Below, one piece after another: positions 19,748 through 27,954 of a stretch of DNA of 64,000 bases. Each line of letters begins with the position of its first letter. The first letter of the stretch is position 1. The position numbers and the translations under genes were made by a program. The notes under the pieces are model-generated. The model searched no databases, was not told the DNA's origin, and worked only from the letters and a program-made list of their open reading frames with translations. Source of the DNA: Actinomycetota bacterium (lineage in GTDB: Bacteria > Actinomycetota > UBA4738 > CALAEC01); NCBI GenBank assembly GCA_050692915.1, contig JBOGVU010000001.1, forward strand, positions 12,490 through 76,489, written 5' to 3'.

Positions 19748-21691
19748 GTGAAGCGCACGGCCGGGTTCCGCGTCGCCACATCGGCACTGATCGCGGCGGC
19801 CATCACCCTCCTGTCGTGGGCCGGGCTGGCCGCGGGCGCGTTCCACGGGACCCAGCTGCGGTTGGTCGACGCGCTGTTCCCGGCGATCGGCCCCGACGAC
19901 CGGATCGCCGTGGTGGCCGTCGACGAGACGAGCCTCGAGGCGATCGGCCAGGCCTGGCCGTGGCCCCGCTCCATCCATGCCGACCTGGTTCGCGCCCTCC
20001 GATCCGGGGGCGCCGACCTGATCGGCTACGACGTGACCTTCGCGGAGCCGACCGATCCCGAGGAGGACGCCGCGCTGGCGGGCGCGATCGCCGAGGGGAA
20101 CGACGTCGTCCTGGCGGCCAACGCCATCTTCCCACCGGAACGACTCGAGGATCCTCCTAGGGCCGCAGCTCTCGATCGGCCGATCCCCGCGCTGGGTGAC
20201 GCCGCGACGGCGGTCGCCCACGCGAACGTGATCCCGGACCCCGACGGGGTGGTGCGGGCCCTCCCGCCGGTCATCGAGAGCCCCGACCTCGACTACGTGC
20301 CCGCCCTTTCGCTGGCCCTGTACGCGCTGGAGGAGGACGTCGAAGGCCAGCTGACGTTCCGTCCCGACGGATGGCAGATCGGGGACCGGCTCATCCCCAC
20401 GGGACGGGCCCACCTCATGGACGTGAACTTCAGCGCTCGAGCCGAATACCCGACCTATCAGGCCGTCCAGGTCCTCGAGGGCGAGGTCCCGGCGGACGCG
20501 TTCGAGGGGAAGATCGTGCTGGTCGGGGCGACCGCGCTCGGCCTCGGGGACACGCGGCTCACCCCGCTCAACAAGACCACCGGCGATCCCGGCGTCTTCG
20601 TCCACGCGAGCGCGCTCAACACCATGCTCACCCGGGCGTTCCTGTTCCCCGACGAACGGGCCAGTGTCCTGGTGGCCGTGTTCGTGGTGGCCCTCCTGTC
20701 GGCGATGGCCGTGGCCTTCCTGCGGGTGTGGGCCTCGCCGGTGGTCGTCCTGGGGATCGGCACCGCGTACTTCCTGCTCGCGTTCTGGCGGTTCGACCAA
20801 GGGCACGTCATGAACCTGGTGTACCCGGCGCTGGGCATGGTGGTCGCGTTCATCGGTGCGCTGGGCGTCCGCTACTTCACCGAGGAGCGGGAGCGGCGAC
20901 GGGTCACCAGGGTGTTCGGCCGGTACGTGGCCCAGGACGTCGTCGACGAGGTCCTGGCCGCGCCCGAGGCCGCCCTGGCCACCCTGGAGGGGCAGTCACG
21001 GACGATCTCGGTACTGTTCGCCGATCTCCGCGGGTTCACGTCCGCGTCCGACGGGGCGGAGCCTGGGCAGGTGGTGGAAGCGCTGAACGTGTACCTCGAT
21101 GCCATGGTCAGGGCGGTCAACGAGGAGCGGGGGACCATCGACAAGTTCATGGGCGACTGCGTGATGGCGTTCTGGGGCGCCCCCCGGCCCAGCGAGCACC
21201 ACGCCGAGCATGCCGCCCGGGCCGGCATCAAGATGCTCGACTACATCGACGAGGCCGTGGCGGCGGGTCGGACGTCGGGCCTGGAGGTGGCCGGCTGCGG
21301 CGTGGGGATCGCCACCGGCGAGGCCGTGGTGGGGAACATCGGCTCGCACGACCGGCTCGACTACACGGTGGTCGGGGACACCGTGAACACGTCCAGCCGG
21401 CTATGCGGCGTGGCCGGGCCCGGCCAGATCGTGGTCACCGACGCATGCGCCGCCGAGATCCGGGACCGGTTCCGCATCGGGGACCTCCCGTCGCTTGAGG
21501 TGAAGGGGAAGGCGAAGCCCCTCCGGGTGTTCCAGATCCTCCGCGAGGGGCAGGAGGCGCCGGAGGTCATGGAGGGCGCCGTCGTCGAGTACAGCGAGGA
21601 GAAGGGTCACTTCGAGCAGACCGCCCCGGCCAAGGCGGCCGGGTACGCCCCGATCGAGCCCCGCCAAGGCGACGAGGAGCCGACCTCCTAG
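19748..21691 (+). CDS. CHASE2-sensor class III adenylate cyclase
   Basis: GTG start. N-terminal TM, large extracytoplasmic CHASE2-like region, three TM helices, then cyclase homology domain with metal-binding FADLRGFT and IDKFMGDCVMAFWG. The Lys (TIDKF) and Asp (GDTVNTSSRL) specificity residues indicate adenylate rather than guanylate cyclase. Confidence 0.85.
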   Translation: MKRTAGFRVATSALIAAAITLLSWAGLAAGAFHGTQLRLVDALFPAIGPDDRIAVVAVDETSLEAIGQAWPWPRSIHADLVRALRSGGADLIGYDVTFAEPTDPEEDAALAGAIAEGNDVVLAANAIFPPERLEDPPRAAALDRPIPALGDAATAVAHANVIPDPDGVVRALPPVIESPDLDYVPALSLALYALEEDVEGQLTFRPDGWQIGDRLIPTGRAHLMDVNFSARAEYPTYQAVQVLEGEVPADAFEGKIVLVGATALGLGDTRLTPLNKTTGDPGVFVHASALNTMLTRAFLFPDERASVLVAVFVVALLSAMAVAFLRVWASPVVVLGIGTAYFLLAFWRFDQGHVMNLVYPALGMVVAFIGALGVRYFTEERERRRVTRVFGRYVAQDVVDEVLAAPEAALATLEGQSRTISVLFADLRGFTSASDGAEPGQVVEALNVYLDAMVRAVNEERGTIDKFMGDCVMAFWGAPRPSEHHAEHAARAGIKMLDYIDEAVAAGRTSGLEVAGCGVGIATGEAVVGNIGSHDRLDYTVVGDTVNTSSRLCGVAGPGQIVVTDACAAEIRDRFRIGDLPSLEVKGKAKPLRVFQILREGQEAPEVMEGAVVEYSEEKGHFEQTAPAKAAGYAPIEPRQGDEEPTS

Positions 21692-22821
21692 GCCGAGGCC
21701 AGGGCCCGGTCGAGATCCTCGACGAGGTCGTCGGGGTGCTCGATCCCCACGGAAAGCCGGATCAGCGTGGGTGGCACCTCCAGGGGTGAGCCGGCCACGC
21801 TGGCGTGGGTCATCGGCCCGGGGACCTCGATCAAGGACTCGACACCACCGAGCGACTCGCCCAGGAAGAACAGCTCGGTCGCCTCCGCTACCCGGATGGC
21901 CTCCTCGGGCGAGCCCATCTCGAACGACACCATCCCCCCGAAGTCCCGCATCTGCCGAGCCGCCACCTCGTGCTGCGGGTGGTCCGGGAGGCCGGGGTAG
22001 TGCACCCTGTTCACCCGCTGGTGGGACCCCAGGAACTCAGCGACCCGGCGGGCTCCCCGGCAGTGGGCCTCCATCCGGACGGCCAGGGTCTTGACGCCTC
22101 GAAGGGCCAGGTAGCAGTCCATCGGGCCGGGCACCGCGCCCACCGCGTTCTGGAGGAACCGGAGCCGCTCCGCGGTCTCGGCGTCGTTCAGCACCAGCGC
22201 CCCCCCGATCAGGTCGGAGTGCCCACCCAGGTACTTCGTCACCGAGTGGACCACGGCGTCGGCGCCGAGCTCCAGGGGCCGCTGGAGGTACGGGCTGGCG
22301 AACGTGTTGTCGACCACGCACCAGGCGTCCGCCTGGTGGGCGATCGCCGAGACCGCCTCGATGTCCACGATCTTGAGGAATGGGTTCGTGGGCGTCTCCA
22401 CCCAGATCACCCGGCTCTGGTCGCGGACCGCCGCCTGGACGGCCTCGAGGTCGGTCAGGTCCACGGTGTCGAAGGCCACCCCCCAGTCGGATAGCACCCG
22501 GGCCAGCAGGCGGTAGGTGCCGCCGTACACGTCGTCGCCGAGGACGAGGCGGTCGCCCGGCCGCAGCCGGGCCAGGAGCAGCGTGGTCTCCGCGGCCAGG
22601 CCGGAGGCGAACGACAGGCCGTGGGCCCCGCCCTCCAGCGACGCCACCACCACCTCGAGGGCCTCGCGGGTGGGGTTGCCGGCGCGGGCGTAGTCGTACC
22701 GCTTCGGCTTGCCCACGGCCTCCTGTGCGTACGTGGACGTCTGGTAGATCGGCACGTTCACCGAGCCGAACTCGGGCTCGGGGTCCTGGCCGACGTGGAT
22801 CGCCTTCGTCTCGAACCTCAT
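21688..22821 (-). CDS. metB: cystathionine gamma-synthase/gamma-lyase (Cys/Met metabolism PLP enzyme)
   Basis: 377-aa tail from MRFETKAIHVGQ. PLP-Lys region HSVTKYLGGHSD. ATGA overlap with the upstream CBS gene. Confidence 0.85.
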   Translation of the reverse strand: MRFETKAIHVGQDPEPEFGSVNVPIYQTSTYAQEAVGKPKRYDYARAGNPTREALEVVVASLEGGAHGLSFASGLAAETTLLLARLRPGDRLVLGDDVYGGTYRLLARVLSDWGVAFDTVDLTDLEAVQAAVRDQSRVIWVETPTNPFLKIVDIEAVSAIAHQADAWCVVDNTFASPYLQRPLELGADAVVHSVTKYLGGHSDLIGGALVLNDAETAERLRFLQNAVGAVPGPMDCYLALRGVKTLAVRMEAHCRGARRVAEFLGSHQRVNRVHYPGLPDHPQHEVAARQMRDFGGMVSFEMGSPEEAIRVAEATELFFLGESLGGVESLIEVPGPMTHASVAGSPLEVPPTLIRLSVGIEHPDDLVEDLDRALASA

Positions 22822-24203
22822 GGCCGGCCTGCGCGCTGGCGGTGGGCCAGGAACTCCAGGAGGTCCGAGCGGGTCAGCACGCCGAGGGTTCGTCCCTCGT
22901 GGCTGACCACGACGGCCGAGGCCGACTGGAGGCGCTCGAAGGCCACCTCGATCGGGTCGACCGCCTCGACGAGGGGTAGCGGGGGGCCCATGACCTCGGC
23001 CACGTCGGCCTGCAGGGCGTCCGGGTCGCGGAAGAGCCGGTCGAGGAGATCCCGCTCCTGGATGCTCCCGACAAGCGCGGTCACGTCCTCGGCGTCGTCC
23101 CTGGTCACCGGGGCCTGGGAGATGTTGAACTGCTGGAGCGTGTCCACGGCGTGGCGAACCTTCTCGTGGGCGCCCACGGCCACAACCGGGGGCAGCTCCC
23201 CAGGCTTCACGCCGAGGACCTGGCGCACCGTGACCACCTCGGGCCGCTCCACGAAGCCGTACTGGCGCATCCACGTCTCCGAGTACAGCTTCGAGAGGTA
23301 GTTCCGGCCGGTGTCCGGGAAGATCACCACGATGGTGGCGTCCGGGCCGAGCTCACGGCCCACCTCCAGGGCGGCGAAGAGGGCGGTGCCCGACGAGCCC
23401 CCCACCAGGATCCCCTCCTCCCGGGTGATCCGCCTGGCCAGGATGAAAGAGTCCCGGTCCGACACCCGGACGTAACGGTCCACGACCGAGGGATCGAACG
23501 TCTCCGGCCAGAAGTCCTCGCCGATGCCCTCGACGAGGTACGGGCGGGCCGGCTCCTCGGGGGCGGAGAAGACGGAGCCCTCGGGGTCGGCGCCGACCAC
23601 CAGGACCTCGGGCTTCCGCTCCTTCAGGTACCTGCCCGTCCCGGTGATCGTCCCTCCGGTCCCGACCCCGGCCACCAGGACGTCGATCTTCCCCTCAGTC
23701 TGGCTCCAGATCTCGGGCCCGGTGGTCTCGTAGTGCGCCTGCGGATTCTCCTGGTTGTAGTACTGATTCGGCTGGAACGCACCGGGGATCTCCTCGGTGA
23801 GGCGGTCGGCGACCTTGTAGTAGGACTCGGGGGACTCGGGCGCCACGGCCGTCGGGGTGATGATGACCTCGGCGCCGTACGCCCGGAGGAGGGCGACCTT
23901 CTCCTGGCTCATCTTGTCCGGCATCACGAAGATGCAGCGATACCCGCGGATGGCCGCGGCGATGGCCAGCCCGTGGCCGGTGTTCCCCGACGTGGGCTCC
24001 ACGATCGTCCCGCCGGGCTTGAGATGCCCCCCACGCTCGGCCGCCTCGATCATCCGCAGGCCGATCCGGTCCTTCACGCTTCCCCCGGGGTTCAGCATCT
24101 CCAGCTTCGCCAGGACCGTCGGCCGGACGTTCGTGGCCACTCGCTGGAGCCGCACCAGGGGCGTGCGCCCCATGGCGTCGAGGAAGGTGTCCAGGACCTC
24201 CAC
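22818..24203 (-). CDS. cbs: cystathionine beta-synthase (CysK-like PLP domain + tandem CBS domains)
   Basis: GRTPLVRL, PLP Lys in GSVKDRIG, GTGGT loop, C-terminal CBS pair. Start set at GTG 24203; the first 81 aa of the track ORF are shadow. Confidence 0.85.
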   Translation of the reverse strand: MEVLDTFLDAMGRTPLVRLQRVATNVRPTVLAKLEMLNPGGSVKDRIGLRMIEAAERGGHLKPGGTIVEPTSGNTGHGLAIAAAIRGYRCIFVMPDKMSQEKVALLRAYGAEVIITPTAVAPESPESYYKVADRLTEEIPGAFQPNQYYNQENPQAHYETTGPEIWSQTEGKIDVLVAGVGTGGTITGTGRYLKERKPEVLVVGADPEGSVFSAPEEPARPYLVEGIGEDFWPETFDPSVVDRYVRVSDRDSFILARRITREEGILVGGSSGTALFAALEVGRELGPDATIVVIFPDTGRNYLSKLYSETWMRQYGFVERPEVVTVRQVLGVKPGELPPVVAVGAHEKVRHAVDTLQQFNISQAPVTRDDAEDVTALVGSIQERDLLDRLFRDPDALQADVAEVMGPPLPLVEAVDPIEVAFERLQSASAVVVSHEGRTLGVLTRSDLLEFLAHRQRAGRP

Positions 24204-24231
24204 GGCGCCTATCGTCGCATCGTGGGGCCGT

Positions 24232-25290
24232 TCAGACCAGCCGGTAGATGGCCCTGAGGTCGCTGAAGTAGACGGCCCCGTCCGGCGCGGCCTCCACGGC
24301 CAGCACCGCTCGAGGGTGGGAGAGGAGGACCCGTCGGCCGGTGACGCCGTCCCGGTCCGCGTTGAGGTCCAGGGCGTGGATCTTCCGGGTGAGGTAGGTG
24401 CCGTACAGGAGGTCGCCGTCGACCTCGGCCCCCAGGGCGCAGCCATTGCAGAACGCGGCCCCGGTCGGGGCCACCATCGGGTTGATCCGGACCTCTGGCT
24501 GGACCGGGTTCGGGCCGCTCTCGGACGTCCTCGGGCACGCCGAGGCCCCGCCCCAGCCGTAGTTCCGGCCGGGCAGCACGTGGTTGATCTCGTCGTCGCA
24601 GGTCGGCCCGTTCTCCGTCTGCCACAGTCGCCCGCTCAGCGGGTCGAAGGTGAACCCGAAGGAGTTGCGGTGTCCGATCGAGAACGCCCGCCCGTTCGCG
24701 AACGGGTTGTCGGAGGGACGCGAACCATCCTCCTCCATCCGAAGCACCTTCCCGGCCGGGTTGCGGACCCGCTGGGACCTCGACGGCACGCCGGCGTCCC
24801 CGGTGACCGCGTACAGCTTGCCGTCCGGCCCGAAGTGGAGCACGCCACCGTCGTGGAAGGTGGTGGCGGCGATCGTGGCCAGGACCTTCCGCTGGACCTT
24901 CCCGCCTTCCTTGGTCAGCCGGACGATCCGGTTCCGCTCGGGGCGCCGCTGCGTGTAATAGACGAACACTCGCTCCTCTCCCGACTCCCAGTCCGGGTCG
25001 AGGGCGATCCCCAGGACGCCCTGCTCGCCGACCCCGGCCACGCCGCGGATCCTCGTCCAGCGCGTGTCGCTCCCGGAGGCCAGCACGACACGGCGGATCT
25101 CGCCGGAGTAGCGCTCGACGTAGAAGAGCTCGTCGCCGGTGGGCGTGAAGGCGAACGCGGTGATCCAGCACGCCTTCGGCTTTTTGCACTTCACCACCCG
25201 GGCCCGCCCGACGGCCGCGGCCGGCTCCACCGGCTGGAGGGTCAGGAGCGTCGTGACCGCCAGCGCGATGGCCAGGGTCCGCCGGATCAC
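24232..25290 (-). CDS. secreted PQQ-dependent sugar dehydrogenase-like beta-propeller (GSDH/YliI/sorbosone dehydrogenase family)
   Basis: GTG start, signal peptide. Motifs FGPDGKLYAVTGD, GHRNSFGFTFDP, NYGWGG. Confidence 0.8.
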   Translation of the reverse strand: MIRRTLAIALAVTTLLTLQPVEPAAAVGRARVVKCKKPKACWITAFAFTPTGDELFYVERYSGEIRRVVLASGSDTRWTRIRGVAGVGEQGVLGIALDPDWESGEERVFVYYTQRRPERNRIVRLTKEGGKVQRKVLATIAATTFHDGGVLHFGPDGKLYAVTGDAGVPSRSQRVRNPAGKVLRMEEDGSRPSDNPFANGRAFSIGHRNSFGFTFDPLSGRLWQTENGPTCDDEINHVLPGRNYGWGGASACPRTSESGPNPVQPEVRINPMVAPTGAAFCNGCALGAEVDGDLLYGTYLTRKIHALDLNADRDGVTGRRVLLSHPRAVLAVEAAPDGAVYFSDLRAIYRLV

Positions 25291-26426
25291 GACGGATCCA
25301 GCCGGTAGATGCCGCTGTGGTCGCTGAAGAACACCTGTCCGTTCGGCCGCCGCCCGGCCGTGATCACCCCGGTGGGATGGTCGTACAGCACCTGTTCGTC
25401 CACCACGTCGTCGCGCTCCCCGTCGAGCGACAGGTTCCGGATCTCAGTGCCGTCGCCGAAGACCGCGAGCAGGAGGTCGCCCTCCAGGTCCGGGCCCAGG
25501 CCGCAGCCGACGCAAAACGTCACGCCCGTGGGCACGATCACAGGGGTGTACGACACCTCGGCCGGGATCGGGGAGGGGCCCTCGGTGCTGGTCCCCGGGC
25601 ACGACGACCCGGCTCCCCAGCCGTAGTTGCCGCCGGGGACGATGAGGTTCACCTCGTCCTCGCAGTTCGGGCCGTTCTCGCTCTGCCACAGGCGGGCGGT
25701 CACCGGGTCGAAGCCGATCCCGAACGAGTTCCGATGGCCGAACGACAGCGCTAGGCTTCCGGGGATCGGGTTTTCGCCGGGGCGGCTCCCGTTCCGCATC
25801 AGGCGCAGGACCTTCCCGGCCGGGTCGGCCAGGTCCTGCGCGCGGGCGGGCTCGGCCTGCTCGCCCGTGGCCACGTACAGCCTTCGGTCGGGCCCGAAGT
25901 GGATCGGGCCGCCGTTGTGGTTCGTGCCGACGTTGATGGGAATGGTGAGCAGGTGGTCGGTGACGAAGCCGGGCCGTCCCAGCCTCTTGCGCATCCGGAC
26001 GACCCGGTTCTCCACCGGATCCTGCGCCGTGTAGAAGACGTACACCCAGCGGTTCCGGCGCCGCTGCTTCTTCGCCTTCCGGCCCTTGGCCTTCCGGTTC
26101 CATTTCGGGTCGACGGCGATGCCGAGCGCCCCCTGCTCGCTGCCCGAGGCCGGATCGCCCACGTCGCCCCACCTGCGGTCCCGCCCGGTGGCCAGGGTCA
26201 CCCGATGGATCTCCCCCGTGAACCGTTCCAGGTAGAAGAGCTCGCGCCCGTTCGGCGTGAACGTGAACGCGGCCGGCCAGCACTGCTCGCCGGCGGGCCG
26301 GCAGGGGACCACGAGCGTGGCCGCGGTGGCGGCGCGGGCCGGCATCTCGCCCAGCGGCGGCACCATCAGCAGCACCGTGGCGGCCACGGCCAGTGCGAGG
26401 ATCCGACGGATCGATCCGCGGGCCAT
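25287..26426 (-). CDS. secreted PQQ-dependent sugar dehydrogenase-like paralog with basic insertion
   Basis: 379-aa tail from MARGSIRRILALAVAATVLL. Same motifs as the 24232 gene (FGPDRRLYVATGE, GHRNSFGIGFDP, NYGWGAG) plus inserted KWNRKAKGRKAKKQRRRNRW. GTGA overlap with the downstream paralog. Confidence 0.8.
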   Translation of the reverse strand: MARGSIRRILALAVAATVLLMVPPLGEMPARAATAATLVVPCRPAGEQCWPAAFTFTPNGRELFYLERFTGEIHRVTLATGRDRRWGDVGDPASGSEQGALGIAVDPKWNRKAKGRKAKKQRRRNRWVYVFYTAQDPVENRVVRMRKRLGRPGFVTDHLLTIPINVGTNHNGGPIHFGPDRRLYVATGEQAEPARAQDLADPAGKVLRLMRNGSRPGENPIPGSLALSFGHRNSFGIGFDPVTARLWQSENGPNCEDEVNLIVPGGNYGWGAGSSCPGTSTEGPSPIPAEVSYTPVIVPTGVTFCVGCGLGPDLEGDLLLAVFGDGTEIRNLSLDGERDDVVDEQVLYDHPTGVITAGRRPNGQVFFSDHSGIYRLDPS

Positions 26427-26437
26427 CGGCGGGGACT

Positions 26438-27640
26438 CTACCAGTCCGAGGGCACCCCTCCGACGAACGTGGCGATCACCGGGTTGTGGCCCGGACGGTA
26501 CGGGACCCGCCGGAACTCGTCGGCTTCGAGGACCACGAAGTCGGCCCGCTTGCCCGGCTCCAGGGAGCCGAGGCGATCCTGGAGCCCCAGGACCCAGGCC
26601 GGGTTCGCCGTGGCCGCCACCAGGGCGTCGAGGGGGGACAGGCCGTAGGTCGCGCATCCCAGCGCCACGGTCTCCGGCATAGACAGCACCGGCGACGTCC
26701 CCGGATTGAAGTCGGTGGCCAGGGCCAGGGGCGCCCCCCGGACCAGGCGGTCCGCGGGCGGCGGCTGGGCCCCGAGCAGGAGCGTGGAGGCCGGGAGCAG
26801 CACGCCGACGGTCTCTCCACCGGTCAGCGCCATCACGCCCTCCTCGCTGACGTGGTTCAGGTGGTCGGCGCTCCGGGCCCCCAGCCGGACCGCCGCCTCG
26901 GCAGCGCCCGAGGTCCCGAGCTGGTCGGCGTGGACGCGAAGGGGAAGGCCGGCCTCGGCCGCGGACCCGGCCACCGCCTCGAGGTCGCGGACCGTGAACG
27001 CTATGTCCTCGACGTATACGTCCACGGCGTCGGCCAGCCCCTCCCGAGCCGCCGTCGGGATGAGGACGTTGCGGACCGCCTCGACCCACGACGCTCGGTC
27101 CGTCCCCTCCGGGACCGCGTGGCAGGCCAGGAGTGTCACCGTGGCCGTCTGGGGGAGCTCCTCCGCCATCCGGCGGGCCAGGCGGGCCTGACGCAGCTCG
27201 GCTTCGATCGACAGGCCGTACCCCGTCTTCAGCTCGAGCGCGGTGGTCCCGTGGCGAAGCATCTCGGCCGCAAGGGGCCGGCAGAACTCTAGGACCTCCT
27301 CGTCGGAGGCCTCCGCGAGCATCCGCGCGCTCCGAGCGATCCCTCCCTCGCCGTGGAGGTCCCGGTAGGAGGCGCCGGCCAGGCGGGCCTCGTACTCGTC
27401 GTCCCGCCAGCCGAAGAAAGGCATGTGGGTGTGGCAGTCCACGAAGCCGGGGACGATGGTCCGGCCGGCGAGCTCCTCGTCGACGGGGTCCGGCCACCCC
27501 GACCGCGGCCCCGCGTATGTCACGGTGGACCCGCCCCAGGCCACCACGGCGTCGCGAACCACCTCCGGATCCGTCGGCGATCGGGCTGGGAGTCTCGGGA
27601 ACGCGCCCGTGACCAGGGTCGAGCAGCCCACCGACGGCAT
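26438..27640 (-). CDS. hutI: imidazolonepropionase-like amidohydrolase
   Basis: DCHTHMPFFGWR, GTTALELKTGYGL, HADQLG, ATDFNPGTSP: HutI-type metal-dependent hydrolase signatures. No hutH or hutU in the window. Confidence 0.75.
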   Translation of the reverse strand: MPSVGCSTLVTGAFPRLPARSPTDPEVVRDAVVAWGGSTVTYAGPRSGWPDPVDEELAGRTIVPGFVDCHTHMPFFGWRDDEYEARLAGASYRDLHGEGGIARSARMLAEASDEEVLEFCRPLAAEMLRHGTTALELKTGYGLSIEAELRQARLARRMAEELPQTATVTLLACHAVPEGTDRASWVEAVRNVLIPTAAREGLADAVDVYVEDIAFTVRDLEAVAGSAAEAGLPLRVHADQLGTSGAAEAAVRLGARSADHLNHVSEEGVMALTGGETVGVLLPASTLLLGAQPPPADRLVRGAPLALATDFNPGTSPVLSMPETVALGCATYGLSPLDALVAATANPAWVLGLQDRLGSLEPGKRADFVVLEADEFRRVPYRPGHNPVIATFVGGVPSDW

Positions 27641-27954
27641 CAGGACTAGTCCTTTCTGACTACCTTCAAATGGCCCGCTCGGGCCATTCCCCCACCCGCA
27701 TTCGCCAGGGCATCATAGGCGCGAAGACGAGCCGGGTTCTTGCCCGGCGAAGCGGCACACGAGAAGGGCGCTCGGGTGCTGCATGTGCCAGGAGGGGGAT
27801 TCGCGGGCAGTCCCCCCTCTGGCTTTTCCGGGGTCTTATTCGACCCAGCGCCTCCGCGCCGAGCTCGGTCTGAGCCCGTAGAGCTGTTGACCACCTTGTC
27901 CTCGAGGTCTAGAGTCGCGTTCGGCTGTCCGCCACGGCGGAATGGGGCCCGTGG

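Noticed and set aside
19649-21498. ORFs 19649-20806(-) and 20371-21498(+)
   Set aside because: Shadows inside the CHASE2 adenylate cyclase gene.
22822-23274. N-terminal 150 aa of track ORF 21688-23274 and of 22818-24446
   Set aside because: Out-of-frame leaders fused upstream of the real ATG/GTG starts. The true proteins begin at MRFETKAIHVGQ and near VEVLDTFLDAMGRTPLVRL.
26427-27497. N-terminal 357 aa of track ORF 25287-27497(-)
   Set aside because: Arg/Gly-rich. Overlaps the hutI-like gene, which has definitive motifs. The real dehydrogenase paralog starts at 26426.
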